Shown in pieces: positions 50,657 to 60,250 of a stretch of DNA of 64,000 nt. The translations under genes were made by a program, and so were the position numbers. Location: assembly GCA_020072565.1 (NCBI GenBank), contig JAIQGI010000014.1, forward strand, positions 16,327 to 80,326, written 5' to 3'. How positions within the stretch are numbered: position 1 is the stretch's first letter; each line of letters opens with the position of its first letter. Origin of the DNA: Terriglobia bacterium. Its GTDB lineage: Bacteria; Acidobacteriota; UBA6911. The notes under the pieces are model-generated. The model was not told where the DNA came from. It ran no database searches and worked only from the letters and a program-made list of their open reading frames with translations.

Positions 50657-51101
50657 TTAAGTGTCCGAGAATTTCCGTTGATAAAAGTTGACGCACCTTT
50701 GCCGGATCCGTTTCGATCGCCAGCGGAGCAGACAGCCGCTCTGGAATCGTCAAGAGTCCGTCTTTGTGCTGCGCGAAAATGTTAGTCAGGGTGTTCTTGA
50801 CCGTGGCTTGTTCGATCAGCTCGCTTGCCTTCTGGAGAAACTCCAGCCGGCGAAGTTTGGCAAGGAAGGTTTCCTTCATGAAAACGGCCTCGTTGTAATT
50901 TTTGGGGTCGCACCCTTCTTCAAATCCCTGCTCCATCCGGTCAAGAATGGCATCCGATGCAGCAACGTCGATGCGGCCATTCTTCAAAACGAGGAGTCTT
51001 TTTTGTTTCCACTTGGTGACGGCACTCGGAGTCACGCCGCGGTGCCCCGCGTATTCCTTCGCCGTCTCCATGGTTGGATTTTTAAGCCTTGTCTTTTTCA
51101 T
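50625..51101 (-). CDS. HTH DNA-binding protein, possible terminase small subunit
   Basis: An N-terminal HTH-like segment (KEYAGHRGVTPSAVTKWKQKRLL) is present. The call as a terminase small subunit is a positional inference from the ORF lying directly upstream of, and overlapping, terL. Confidence 0.35.
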   Translation of the reverse strand: MKKTRLKNPTMETAKEYAGHRGVTPSAVTKWKQKRLLVLKNGRIDVAASDAILDRMEQGFEEGCDPKNYNEAVFMKETFLAKLRRLEFLQKASELIEQATVKNTLTNIFAQHKDGLLTIPERLSAPLAIETDPAKVRQLLSTEILGHLNGLADALEGK

Positions 51102-51224
51102 CGAGCCTCACCGGATTTTCCGATTTCCTGGGTTTCGGACCCCTTCGCCTCGGGAAGTTGTGCCACACATTCCACCCGAGGGCGCTTGGCCTCCAGTAGG
51201 ACCCAAGCCTTGCCCCTGCAACAG

Positions 51225-51401
51225 TTAGCGCCTATCATCTTTTCGCCCTTCCTTGGCCACGATGCGCGAGCCAGCCCCGAAGGCCCGCAGCACAAGTTCA
51301 ACGCGATTCTGAAAGCGTTGGCCAGGAGTGCGCCGCACTCTTACTTTCAGCCGGCGGATCCGCGGCTTCTGGTCCTCAAGCAGTGTCGGTTGCGGGTTCA
51401 T
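51225..51401 (-). CDS. small basic hypothetical protein
   Basis: The 58-aa ORF has a GGAGG SD 7 nt upstream of its ATG. It is translationally coupled (ATGA) to the upstream small ORF. Confidence 0.35.
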   Translation of the reverse strand: MNPQPTLLEDQKPRIRRLKVRVRRTPGQRFQNRVELVLRAFGAGSRIVAKEGRKDDRR

Positions 51402-51598
51402 TGCTTGGCCTCCGTGACCACTACCGGCCAGGTCATGCCCCAGGAATGCACGCGGCGCCACAATCGGCCCTCGGGATCGCGGAAGACAACCATCTTCGGA
51501 GTCTCCCATAGGATCTCTGCGACCTCGTGACCATCGATGACATCGGGTCTTTGAGTACCGACTAACACCCGGTTTGCAGCGTCGACGTAGCGCCCCAT
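51398..51598 (-). CDS. small hypothetical protein
   Basis: The 66-aa ORF has a GGAGAAG SD upstream of its ATG. Confidence 0.35.
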   Translation of the reverse strand: MGRYVDAANRVLVGTQRPDVIDGHEVAEILWETPKMVVFRDPEGRLWRRVHSWGMTWPVVVTEAKQ

Positions 51599-51625
51599 GT
51601 GTCACTTCTCCGTGCTTTCTGCGTA

Positions 51626-51704
51626 TCTTTCGTTTCTTTCGTAAGTCCCTGCACTGTCCAATGCAGCTCTGACAGGGGTAGCGCAGTACGAAAGAAACGA
51701 AAGA
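51626..51704. repeat. 18-bp perfect inverted repeat with tandem gaaagaaac iterons and nested hairpin (candidate replication origin)
   Basis: tctttcgtttctttcgta (51626-51643) is the reverse-complement of tacgaaagaaacgaaaga (51687-51704). The right arm contains (gaaagaaac)x2, and the spacer holds a ctgca/tgcag hairpin. The structure lies immediately downstream of the DUF3987 replication gene. Confidence 0.4.
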
Positions 51705-51710
51705 AACGAA

Positions 51711-53102
51711 CTAATCGCGCGTAGCACTATGCCCCCTCGCCCCTACGGCCAACCAGCGGACCACGGGCCGACCGGCAGTCTGTTCCGTCCTCGACACCGC
51801 GCTGCCCGTGTCAGCCAGCATCGTAAGCGCCCGGTCGATTTCGCCGGCGGACTTGTTCCGAGCAAATAACCCGGAGATCTGCGTACGACTCATCCCCTCC
51901 GCGACAGAGCGCAGGGCGCGGAGAATCTCATCCGCCACAGGATCGCCCAACTCTGCGCCGAAGACATATCGCGCGGAGGCCTCGGCATATTCCCACAGGG
52001 CCGCCGCGGCTCGGACGTGCTCACCACGGATAGCCTGCGAGAGATCCAACAAGGCATACAACATCGACAGCCTGAGCACCTGTGCCTCGGCCCGCGATGT
52101 CGCGGCACCCAAGAGCCCAGGGTGCCCTTCGGAAAGATCCGCGTAGATTTCATGCCAGACGGCGCGGCCGTCGTCAGAGCGATGCATCGGGCCGACCGCG
52201 CGGGAATGTTCCACGGCCTGCATCAGCCGCAACTGCAGCGCAGCCAGGTCCCCATCGGGTGTGCCACCATCGGGTAGGATGCGCGCGCGGCGCACGCACA
52301 GCCACAAATGCCGATTTGCGAAGCCATTGCCAAGTTCCGTCCGATCGAGATAGCGGCGCACCTCGTCGCGCGTGATGTGCCCGATGATTGAAATGTGCGC
52401 ATCTGTGGCCCGGAGGGGATTGTTTTTCGTGGCGAGCCGCAGTTGTCCATCGTCCCAGGCCTCGCGGATCCGCGCGGACAGGGTGTTGCCCTCGCGGGCT
52501 ATGACTCGCAGCACGCTGGCATACTCAGGTTCAACGACGAGCAAGCGCTTGTCCGTGACCCCGGGATCCCGGGTAACGGTTTGGTAGTCCGTGACGCGGC
52601 CATGGTCGCGGATCGGCTCCTGCTCCTCGATCGCGTCTCGCACGAGCCATACGAGCCCCTCGCCAGAAGATAGCCCATGGTGGATGTGCTCTCGATCATA
52701 CGCTGCGTCGACCTGAGCGCAGAGCGAGCGCACCCGCCCCCAGGAGGTTCCCTTTCTGCCCTTCGCGGTGGCGCCCACCAGAACCACATACAAATTTGCC
52801 GCGTGACGGTCGCCCTCTACGAGGTAGCAAGGGCCGCGGCCGATCATGGATCCGGCCGCGACGAGCACTTGCGACAGCAGCGCCACAGGATCGGCCTCCG
52901 TGGCTGGCCCGAGGGCGCGAACTATCTCGCCAGCGAGGCCGTGGTATGCTTCAGGCGCCGGCGGTTCCGGCCATTGGGCTACGGATGGCGCCACAGCGTG
53001 CAGTGGTGGGGGCCCAGCGATCGCGGCAAGCTCGTCGCCTACCTCCGGCTCCAGGCTCTTGAGGGGATCACACTGAGGCATCGTCATGCCGCCGCCCTCC
53101 AC
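51711..53102 (-). CDS. DUF3987-like replication protein (phage/plasmid primase C-terminal-associated domain)
   Basis: The 463-aa product has an overall DUF3987 pattern. It lies directly downstream of, and overlaps, the CHC2 zinc-finger ORF. No canonical Walker A motif was seen. Confidence 0.45.
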   Translation of the reverse strand: MEGGGMTMPQCDPLKSLEPEVGDELAAIAGPPPLHAVAPSVAQWPEPPAPEAYHGLAGEIVRALGPATEADPVALLSQVLVAAGSMIGRGPCYLVEGDRHAANLYVVLVGATAKGRKGTSWGRVRSLCAQVDAAYDREHIHHGLSSGEGLVWLVRDAIEEQEPIRDHGRVTDYQTVTRDPGVTDKRLLVVEPEYASVLRVIAREGNTLSARIREAWDDGQLRLATKNNPLRATDAHISIIGHITRDEVRRYLDRTELGNGFANRHLWLCVRRARILPDGGTPDGDLAALQLRLMQAVEHSRAVGPMHRSDDGRAVWHEIYADLSEGHPGLLGAATSRAEAQVLRLSMLYALLDLSQAIRGEHVRAAAALWEYAEASARYVFGAELGDPVADEILRALRSVAEGMSRTQISGLFARNKSAGEIDRALTMLADTGSAVSRTEQTAGRPVVRWLAVGARGHSATRD

Positions 53103-53620
53103 TCACGGTAGGCGTTGATCTGTTGGCTCTCGGTTCCAATGTCAATCTGGTCGAGCAGGTACTCCACCTGGTCGAGACCTCGATATGCCGCAGCCAGCCA
53201 GGTCCAGGCGCGCTCATCCTGCGCATCGCGGTGCAGACGCTGCAGAGCCGCGGCCTCAAGACCGAAGCGCCCGAGATATTCGTCGCGCAGCTCGCGGCCC
53301 AGTTCACGGGCCCAGGTTTGTAGACCTTCCTTGATCGCGCGCCGGCGGAGGATTTCAGGATCCGGCGCCGGCGGCTTTCCGGGTTCAAGGCCGAAATATT
53401 TCAATGCTGATACAAAATCGCATCCGCGAAGTTTTTGAACGAAAGCGATCTTGTCCCCATGTTCGGCACAGGCAAAGCAGTTGAAGCCCTTTTCGTCGTG
53501 GCACGAGAAGCCCGTGCTGGAGTCACAGAATGGACAGGCCCCCCGGCCGCGGCGCAAGGACTTGAGGCCCTCGCCGTGGAAGATCGAATCCCAGGTTGGC
53601 AGGTCGTGTGAGTCGATCAC
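53084..53620 (-). CDS. CHC2-type primase zinc-finger protein
   Basis: CPFCDSSTGFSCHDEKGFNCFACAEHGDKIAFV matches the DnaG/P4-alpha CHC2 zinc-ribbon pattern (CPFH.EKTPSF......HCFGCG.HG..I.F). Confidence 0.55.
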   Translation of the reverse strand: MIDSHDLPTWDSIFHGEGLKSLRRGRGACPFCDSSTGFSCHDEKGFNCFACAEHGDKIAFVQKLRGCDFVSALKYFGLEPGKPPAPDPEILRRRAIKEGLQTWARELGRELRDEYLGRFGLEAAALQRLHRDAQDERAWTWLAAAYRGLDQVEYLLDQIDIGTESQQINAYREWRAAA

Positions 53621-54195
53621 GATCGCCGCTCCGCAAGCCGTTGTTTCAAAATCTCGCAGGCCTCAGTCCATGGGGTTTCATCGGGGAGATCACTGATAAG
53701 CTCTAGTTCCGCAGCCAGCCTTATGTGGCGAAGGCCGTCTTCCACGTTCTTCTGTTGCAGGTGGTCAACCATCGTCTGCCTGGCATGAGCCTGGATCCAT
53801 GAGGGCAACGGGACCGCAACGAAGCCAGGCTCGGGAACGTAGCTGCCTTCAGGCAGCGCCAGGGTTGTGACGTCCACATAATCTTTGACCCTGTTCCAAT
53901 CGGCTCGGACTTTTTCCAGAGGGATGAGCTCGGGATGCCAGGAGATCACATTGCCGATAGCCCAGCGGGTGCGATGGGCATTGCAGACAAACCAATCTTC
54001 GTAGTACCTTTCATCGCGATCAACCTGGAACACGATCCCATCAGTGCCCGCACACCACGGGCAACCGCCGAAATAATCGGCCTTTTCTGGAATTGGAGGT
54101 TTTTCTTGCGATTCAGAATCGGTTTTTGTAGAATTCATTTGTCCATCCTTTAGGTTTTGGCCCGGTTCGCGCCGGGCCGTTTTATTTTCGGACAT
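53617..54195 (-). CDS. hypothetical protein
   Basis: The 192-aa ORF has a Cys pair (GGCPWCAG) and no assignable family. Confidence 0.4.
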   Translation of the reverse strand: MSENKTARREPGQNLKDGQMNSTKTDSESQEKPPIPEKADYFGGCPWCAGTDGIVFQVDRDERYYEDWFVCNAHRTRWAIGNVISWHPELIPLEKVRADWNRVKDYVDVTTLALPEGSYVPEPGFVAVPLPSWIQAHARQTMVDHLQQKNVEDGLRHIRLAAELELISDLPDETPWTEACEILKQRLAERRS

Positions 54196-54199
54196 GCCA

Positions 54200-54532
54200 C
54201 TACGCTCGCGCCGCGGCCGATTCAGCTTCCCACTGCGGCCGGATCCGGTTTCGCCTCAGGTACTCGTCCAGGTCTGCCTTGTCGAAATAGATTTTTTTGC
54301 CAGCGGGTTTGAAGTGTGCGATGAGGTTCTTTGACGTCAGCTGGTACAGATGGCTTTTGCTGATTTCCAGGTACTTTGCCGCGGACTCCAGATCGAACGG
54401 GCCCGCGTTCTCCGCACCAGTCCGCAGTGCCAAGCTGATGATGCGATCCAGCTTTGCTTCGATCCGGGTTATTTGCTTTTCCGTCATACTCGCGCGCCTC
54501 CTGTTAGCAAGCGCAAGTATTTCAAACATCAA
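54200..54532 (-). CDS. excisionase-family HTH DNA-binding protein
   Basis: LESAAKYLEISKSHLYQLTSKNLIAHFKPAGKKIYFDKADLDEYL fits the excisionase/AlpA-type HTH signature. Confidence 0.5.
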   Translation of the reverse strand: MMFEILALANRRRASMTEKQITRIEAKLDRIISLALRTGAENAGPFDLESAAKYLEISKSHLYQLTSKNLIAHFKPAGKKIYFDKADLDEYLRRNRIRPQWEAESAAARA

Positions 54533-54563
54533 AAAGGATAGGTATCTGAAATATAGGGCAGGC

Positions 54564-55262
54564 TTATTTCGTAGGTCGGATCAGTCTCTCCTGCAGTTTT
54601 GTTGCCGCTCTCATCCAGTCATTGGCGGGCGTACCCGAATTGTAGGCCATCTTTTTAGGTTCGAGTACGAGCAGAATTTCATCATTTTTTGCGCCAACCG
54701 CTTTTGCGTCCAGCGTGCGGAGATACTTGGCCCAATCCGGAACATGGGGTTTATCCTTGTTTTGGCCGACTTGTTTTAATCCAATCTTGAGAATTTCGAT
54801 ATGCGCCTCAAGGCTTGCGTTTGGGTCCAGCGCAAGTGCCATGGGAGCGAACACGTAATCCCCAGCCTCAATTAGATGGACCGACCAGAATCCCAGATTG
54901 CGCGGCCGCGCCACGGCCGGATTGATGAGCACTGGCATGCGATATTTTTTGACCGAGTGTTTCATGTAAACAACGAATTCCTCGCTCCCGGGATCACAAT
55001 CAAAATTTCCTGGCTCTATTGGTCCTGGTGATTCCAGGTCGGAATTTGGATTGGGTGACATCCATTCTTGGTACGTGTGTTTGCTGTACCATTCAACCGT
55101 CCTTTTGTGTTCTCGCTCCCAGTCCTGGCGGTAATCGTCACACCGGCGAAGAAATTCCCAACGCCAGAGTTCGTCCGGCAGGCTTGCCGGGTATGCCTTG
55201 CTGTTGCGCCAGTCCGGGATTCCCCAGCGACGCCGATATTGCAGATCAGTCTTTTTTGACAT
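54564..55262 (-). CDS. hypothetical protein (integrase-adjacent accessory gene)
   Basis: The 232-aa ORF is Trp-rich at its N-terminus (WRWEFLRRCDDYRQDW). Its 3' end overlaps the integrase 5' end. Confidence 0.4.
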   Translation of the reverse strand: MSKKTDLQYRRRWGIPDWRNSKAYPASLPDELWRWEFLRRCDDYRQDWEREHKRTVEWYSKHTYQEWMSPNPNSDLESPGPIEPGNFDCDPGSEEFVVYMKHSVKKYRMPVLINPAVARPRNLGFWSVHLIEAGDYVFAPMALALDPNASLEAHIEILKIGLKQVGQNKDKPHVPDWAKYLRTLDAKAVGAKNDEILLVLEPKKMAYNSGTPANDWMRAATKLQERLIRPTK

Positions 55263-56355
55263 TGGATTTTCGCTTTCCGTCGCTCAAGTTCGGTATAAGG
55301 TCAACTGCCTGTCTCTTTTTCGCGTCAACGATCTTCGCGTAAATCTCGGTTGTGCTTAGGTCCCGATGGCCCAGCAGCTTCGACATGGTGTAAATGTCCA
55401 TGCCATAGGTGAGCCCCATGGTTGCGAACGAGTGCCGCGCGGTGTGGAATGAAACGCGTTTTGCGATCCCCGCGCGCTTTACCCAGCGCTTGATTGCCTT
55501 GTCGATGCTTTGCTGCGCCGGCAGTTTGAATACCGCGTCCGGGTTTGCTTCGCCGGTGATGTTGGGCGAGTACTCCTGGCCTTTCTGCGCTCCGAGGATC
55601 TTCCCTGCCTGCCTGGATAGTGGCAACTGTTCCGGTGAGCCAGTCTTGACCATGATGAAGTCAATCGAGTAGTGCGGCCCGGCCTTGTGCACCTTGTCCC
55701 ATGTCAGGGCTCGCACATCGGAATAGCGCAGTCCGCAGAAACCGGAAAACAGGAAGGCGTCCTTGACGGCCTGGTTGCCACACTCGGTCCGCTCCAACAG
55801 TTGCAATTCCTTCAGTGTGAGAAACTCGCGCCGGTTTTCCTGCTTTTTGATCCCGATACCATCGCCGGGGTTGCGGGTCAGGATCTTGTCGTGGACGGCC
55901 TGATGCAGCGCCGTCTGGATCCGGGCCAGGTACACCCCCGCGGAGTTCTGTTTCAGTCGTGAAAGAAGGTAGTCGCGGAATGAGCGGACGTATTCCTCGG
56001 TGAGCCGGTCAAAAGAAAGAGACCCGTCCGCGAAGGCCTCCAGGTGCTGGATAGCGTTTTGCCATACCAGCTGGGTATTAGGGGCCCGCTTCGTTTCTGC
56101 GATCGTCCTGCAGTAGGCCAGGAAATCATCCTGTTGCCGCGTTGGCGAGGGGAATCCGTGCTCCCCTTGCACATGCTCGAGCCGGCGCTTTGCGAGGATG
56201 TCCCCGGCCAGCTCGCGGGTCCGCTTGTCCTGCTTTGGGTTTCCGGTGAGGTAAAGATTGAGATACTCCAGTTGCCGGCGGCCGCGGTCGTAAAAGTCCA
56301 GGTATAAGGTCCGGGTGCCGGCCGCCGTCTTGCGTTCTCGAAGGCTGATCTTCAC
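55246..56355 (-). CDS. tyrosine site-specific integrase
   Basis: The 369-aa product has N-terminal arm-binding, SAM-like and catalytic domains, with motifs LRYSDVRALTW and HTARHSFATMGLTYGMDIYTMSKLLGHRDLSTTEIYAKI. Confidence 0.8.
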   Translation of the reverse strand: MKISLRERKTAAGTRTLYLDFYDRGRRQLEYLNLYLTGNPKQDKRTRELAGDILAKRRLEHVQGEHGFPSPTRQQDDFLAYCRTIAETKRAPNTQLVWQNAIQHLEAFADGSLSFDRLTEEYVRSFRDYLLSRLKQNSAGVYLARIQTALHQAVHDKILTRNPGDGIGIKKQENRREFLTLKELQLLERTECGNQAVKDAFLFSGFCGLRYSDVRALTWDKVHKAGPHYSIDFIMVKTGSPEQLPLSRQAGKILGAQKGQEYSPNITGEANPDAVFKLPAQQSIDKAIKRWVKRAGIAKRVSFHTARHSFATMGLTYGMDIYTMSKLLGHRDLSTTEIYAKIVDAKKRQAVDLIPNLSDGKRKSNVKKD

Positions 56356-56553
56356 GATTCACCTCGATGGCGAATAACAACCGCCTTTGTATGTAATTCA
56401 CCTTAGAGAATATCACGCGTACAACAACTGTACAACAAAAATAAACAAGAACCGGCAAAAATCAGGTAAACATCCAAAAACAGGAAGGCCGTAAACACTG
56501 GCGGTTGTTACTGTTAATTGTTTATGGTTTTTCTTACTTGGGGCTGGAAAATA

Positions 56554-56574
56554 CTACCGCTGAATTACTCCCGC
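56554..56574. repeat. direct repeat of tRNA-Gly 5' end (att site of the satellite-like element)
   Basis: ctaccgctgaattactcccgc is identical to 45997-46017, the first 21 nt of tRNA-Gly (acceptor plus D-arm). An imperfect extension, gctgg...ctaccgc, also matches the 5' anticodon stem. Confidence 0.55.
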
Positions 56575-56721
56575 TCACTTCAAAGGTCTGCGTCATACTA
56601 GCGAATCGGACTTCACCAAGTCAATGGGCTCCAGAGCGCGTGCTGCCGATATCTCGTCGCGCTTCCGGTGCGTTGAACCATCCAAGACGCCCGCGCCTGC
56701 AAGGTCCGGTACGGGATTCTG

Positions 56722-57696
56722 TCAAAACATCTGGGTGCGCCAGAGGTCGTGAATGTGGATCACGCCCAAAATGTACTGCCCGGCATCGACCACGACCAGA
56801 CTGGTGATTTTCAGCTCCTCCATTTTTGCCAGCGCTGCGGTGGCTGCCTGTTCGGCGGAGATCGTCTTCGGACTTCGTGTCATGCACTCGCCCGCTTTGA
56901 GCCGAAGCGGATCGGGAGCTCGCTGCAGCAACCGCCGCAGGTCGCCGTCCGAAATCACACCCGCCAGCTTGCCGTCGGCATCCGCCACGGCGGTCATGCC
57001 GAGCTTTTTGCACGACATCTCGTAAATGACCTCACTCATCGGCGTCGCTTCGCCGACGATCGGAATCGCCTCTCCGCGGTGCATCAGTTCGCCAACCCGG
57101 AGCAGCTTCTTCCCGATGCTGCCCGCTGGATGAAAGTGAGCAAAATCTTCCAGCCGGAATCCCTTGCTCTCCATCAGCGCCATGGCCAGTGCATCTCCCA
57201 TCGCCAGAGCTGCGGCGGTACTGGTCGTAGGCGCGAGGCCGAAAGGACAGGCCTCTTCGGCAACACTCACATCCAGGTTCACTTCCGCCAAGCGCGCCAA
57301 GGTGGACCCGGGATCGCCGGATATGGCGATCAGAGGCAGCCCGAGGCGCTTCACGACATTGAGAATCTGGAGGATTTCTCCTGTTTCACCGCTCTTGGAT
57401 ACCGCCAGCACAACGTCGTTCAGGCCAAGCAGGCCCAGATCACCGTGCATGGCCTCGGCCGCATGCAGAAAGATCGCAGGCGAGCCCGTGCTGCTCAAGG
57501 TGGCTGCGATCTTCTTGCAGATGAGGCCGGACTTGCCCATGCCGGTTACGGCAATTTTCCCGGTGCAGGCAGCGGCGATCTCGACAGCGCGCACAAACGA
57601 GCTGTTCAGACGAGGCACCAGAGTGCGCACGGCTTCCGCTTCGAGTTCGAGTACGCGGATGGCGGTCGCCAGCGCAGCATCAGACATGACCTTCAT
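56722..57696 (-). CDS. kdsD: arabinose-5-phosphate isomerase (KdsD/GutQ/KpsF family)
   Basis: A SIS domain (KIAVTGMGKSG...AISKSGET) is followed by two CBS domains. Confidence 0.8.
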   Translation of the reverse strand: MKVMSDAALATAIRVLELEAEAVRTLVPRLNSSFVRAVEIAAACTGKIAVTGMGKSGLICKKIAATLSSTGSPAIFLHAAEAMHGDLGLLGLNDVVLAVSKSGETGEILQILNVVKRLGLPLIAISGDPGSTLARLAEVNLDVSVAEEACPFGLAPTTSTAAALAMGDALAMALMESKGFRLEDFAHFHPAGSIGKKLLRVGELMHRGEAIPIVGEATPMSEVIYEMSCKKLGMTAVADADGKLAGVISDGDLRRLLQRAPDPLRLKAGECMTRSPKTISAEQAATAALAKMEELKITSLVVVDAGQYILGVIHIHDLWRTQMF

Positions 57697-58517
57697 GATT
57701 TCCTCCGAACCGCAGCGCGGATCTCGAGCAATTCCTGGACGAGCCGCGGAAACGCACGAAGAGTCAGCGCGTTCGGCCCATCCGACAAGGCCTCCTCGGG
57801 ATGATCATGCACCTCGGTAAAGAAGCCATCCACCCCGACTGCGGCTCCGGCGCGCGCGAGGTAGGCGATGAACTCGGCCTGCCCGCCCGAACTGTCCCCT
57901 CTCCCTCCCGGTATCTGCACGCTGTGCGTCACGTCGAAAACCACCGGTTGCCCGAAGGAGCGCATGATTACGAGGGAACGGAAATCGACCACCAGATTAT
58001 TGTAGCCGAAAAATGTGCCCCGTTCGGTCAGCATAATGTTGCGGTTGCCTGTTCCCCGCGCCTTTTCGAGGGCCTTGCGCATCTCCTGGGGCGAGAGGAA
58101 CTGTCCTTTTTTGAGGTTGACCGCCCGGCCACTCTTTGCCGCAGCTAGAATCAGATCGGTCTGCCGGCAGAGGAAGGCGGGAATTTGCAGGATGTCCAGG
58201 ACATCGGCAGCGGCGCTGACCTGGTTCGATTCGTGCACATCGCTGAGAACCGGAAGGCCGCTGACGGCGCGCGCCTTTTCCAGAATGCGCAGACCTTCGA
58301 CCAGCCCCGGCCCCCGGAACGAGTCCGCCGAGGTGCGGTTGGCTTTATCGAAGGATGCCTTGAAGATCAGGTCGATACCTAACCGGGAGGCGATTGCAGC
58401 CAGGCGTTCCGCCATTTTGAGGCAGTGTTTTTCGCTTTCAATCACGCACGGCCCGGCGATAAAAAACGGCTGCGAGCCGCGACCGAGCTTCAGGCTGCCG
58501 ACCTTGACGGAATTCAT
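57693..58517 (-). CDS. kdsA: 2-dehydro-3-deoxyphosphooctonate aldolase (KDO-8-P synthase)
   Basis: FKASFDKANRTS, LPAFLCRQTDL and VVFDVTHSVQ are conserved KdsA segments. The start is set at the internal Met MNSVKVG, and the stop overlaps kdsD by 4 nt. Confidence 0.8.
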   Translation of the reverse strand: MNSVKVGSLKLGRGSQPFFIAGPCVIESEKHCLKMAERLAAIASRLGIDLIFKASFDKANRTSADSFRGPGLVEGLRILEKARAVSGLPVLSDVHESNQVSAAADVLDILQIPAFLCRQTDLILAAAKSGRAVNLKKGQFLSPQEMRKALEKARGTGNRNIMLTERGTFFGYNNLVVDFRSLVIMRSFGQPVVFDVTHSVQIPGGRGDSSGGQAEFIAYLARAGAAVGVDGFFTEVHDHPEEALSDGPNALTLRAFPRLVQELLEIRAAVRRKS

Positions 58518-58603
58518 GTTTCCCGACGTTTGAGATCGAAACTGGGTGCAGATCAGCACCAGCACGCAGCTGTTTCTATCCGCGGTCCCGATTTGGGGAG
58601 CGC

Positions 58604-60250
58604 CTAGATCCGGGTCTCTCTGACTTCGATGTCGCGCTCCAGCGGCCGGGCTGCTTCGCGCTCCTGTTTGAATCGCAGTGCGGCAGCGATGAAGCTGGCA
58701 AACAACGGGTGAGGCTGCAAGGGCTTGGACTTGAACTCTGGATGGAACTGACAGCCGAGGAACCACGGATGTCCAGGCAGTTCCATGATCTCGACGAAAT
58801 TGCGGTCGGGTGAGTTGCCCGAAAACTTCATGCCGTAACTCGACAGAATCTCCTCATACTCGCGGTTGAATTCATAACGATGGCGGTGCCGTTCGGAGAT
58901 CTCCTTCTTTCCATAGATGCCGTACGCAAGTGAGTCGTCGTCCAGGATGCATGGGAAGGCACCCAGCCGCATGTTTCCGCCCATGATGTCCGATCCCAGC
59001 AGCTCACGCAGCATGTAAAAGACGCGATGCGGTGCGGCGGGATCGAACTCCGAGCTGTCCGCCTGAAGACTGCAGACATTGCGCGCGAACTCGATCACGC
59101 CACACTCCATACCGAGGCAAATGCCGAAGAAGGGCATCTCGTGGGTGCGGGCGTACCGGATCGCGCGCAGCATGCCGTCGATGCCGCGCTTGCCGAAGCC
59201 GCCCGGAACCAGAATCGCGTCGTAGCCCGCCAGCTGCGCATCCAGGGTTTCGTCCAGAAGCCCTTCGGACTCGATCCATTTGAGGCGCACCTGCACCCGG
59301 TTTGCGAGCCCGCCGTGATAGAGCGCCTCGTTCAGACTCTTGTAGGAGTCCTCATACTCCACGTACTTGCCGACGATTCCGATCCGAACGGTGTCCTCGG
59401 GGTGATGATCGCGGTGCAACAGTTCCTTCCAGGGACTGAGATCCGGCTCATGCACCGGCAAGCTCAGATAGCGTACGATCGCGCCATCGAGCCCTTCACT
59501 GTGCAGCACGAGCGGAACTTCGTAGATATTCTTGACATCGAGCGCGGTGATGACATCCTTCTCGGAAACGTTGCAGAACAGAGCGATCTTTGCCTTGATT
59601 TCACGCGGCAGCAGGCGATCCGTGCGGCAGAGGAGGATGTCGGGCTGGATACCGATTTCTCTCAGCTCCTTGACGCTGTGCTGGGTGGGCTTGGTTTTGA
59701 GCTCGCCCGAGGTCGCGATAAAAGGCACGAGCGTCAGGTGAATGAAGATCGAATTCTCGCGCCCGACCTCGTTTCTCAGCTGACGGATCGATTCGAGGAA
59801 CGGGAGGCTCTCGATGTCGCCCACGGTACCGCCGATCTCAACGATCGCCACATCCACATCCTGCCCCACACGCCGGATGGTATTTTTGATCTCGTTGGTG
59901 ATGTGAGGAATCACCTGGACGGTTTTGCCGAGAAATTCCCCCTTGCGTTCCTTCTCGATGACGTTGAGGTAGATCTTGCCGGTAGTCGAGTTGTTATCCC
60001 GCGTCAGGCGCACATTGGTGAAGCGCTCATAATGTCCCAGGTCGAGATCGGTCTCGGCCCCGTCGTCGGTGACATAGACCTCGCCGTGCTGGAACGGACT
60101 CATCGTGCCCGGATCGACATTGATGTAAGGATCGAGCTTGAGGAAGTTGATCCTGTATCCGCGAGCCTCGAGCAAGGCGCCGATGGAAGCACTCGCCAAT
60201 CCTTTGCCCAGCGAAGAAAGCACCCCTCCGGTCACGAAAATGAATTTCAT
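58604..60250 (-). CDS. pyrG: CTP synthase
   Basis: The N-terminal synthetase domain ([17 protein letters not shown]) and the C-terminal glutamine amidotransferase (GICLGMECG..) are both present. Confidence 0.9.
   Translation of the reverse strand: MKFIFVTGGVLSSLGKGLASASIGALLEARGYRINFLKLDPYINVDPGTMSPFQHGEVYVTDDGAETDLDLGHYERFTNVRLTRDNNSTTGKIYLNVIEKERKGEFLGKTVQVIPHITNEIKNTIRRVGQDVDVAIVEIGGTVGDIESLPFLESIRQLRNEVGRENSIFIHLTLVPFIATSGELKTKPTQHSVKELREIGIQPDILLCRTDRLLPREIKAKIALFCNVSEKDVITALDVKNIYEVPLVLHSEGLDGAIVRYLSLPVHEPDLSPWKELLHRDHHPEDTVRIGIVGKYVEYEDSYKSLNEALYHGGLANRVQVRLKWIESEGLLDETLDAQLAGYDAILVPGGFGKRGIDGMLRAIRYARTHEMPFFGICLGMECGVIEFARNVCSLQADSSEFDPAAPHRVFYMLRELLGSDIMGGNMRLGAFPCILDDDSLAYGIYGKKEISERHRHRYEFNREYEEILSSYGMKFSGNSPDRNFVEIMELPGHPWFLGCQFHPEFKSKPLQPHPLFASFIAAALRFKQEREAARPLERDIEVRETRI

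Larger units (their letters stand above)
46018..56574 (-). mobile_element. ~10.5 kb phage-satellite-like integrative element adjacent to the tRNA-Gly 5' end
   Basis: All genes are on the minus strand. They comprise an integrase, an excisionase-like HTH, a CHC2 zinc finger plus DUF3987 replication module, small ORFs, terS-like and terL(GpA) genes, and an HExxH protease. No capsid or tail genes are present. The element is bounded by a 21-nt (extended ~30-nt imperfect) direct repeat of the tRNA-Gly 5' portion. Confidence 0.55.

Noticed and set aside
56749-57820. 351-aa and 218-aa plus-strand ORFs opposite kdsD
   Set aside because: They are antisense to a SIS+CBS gene with strong family motifs.
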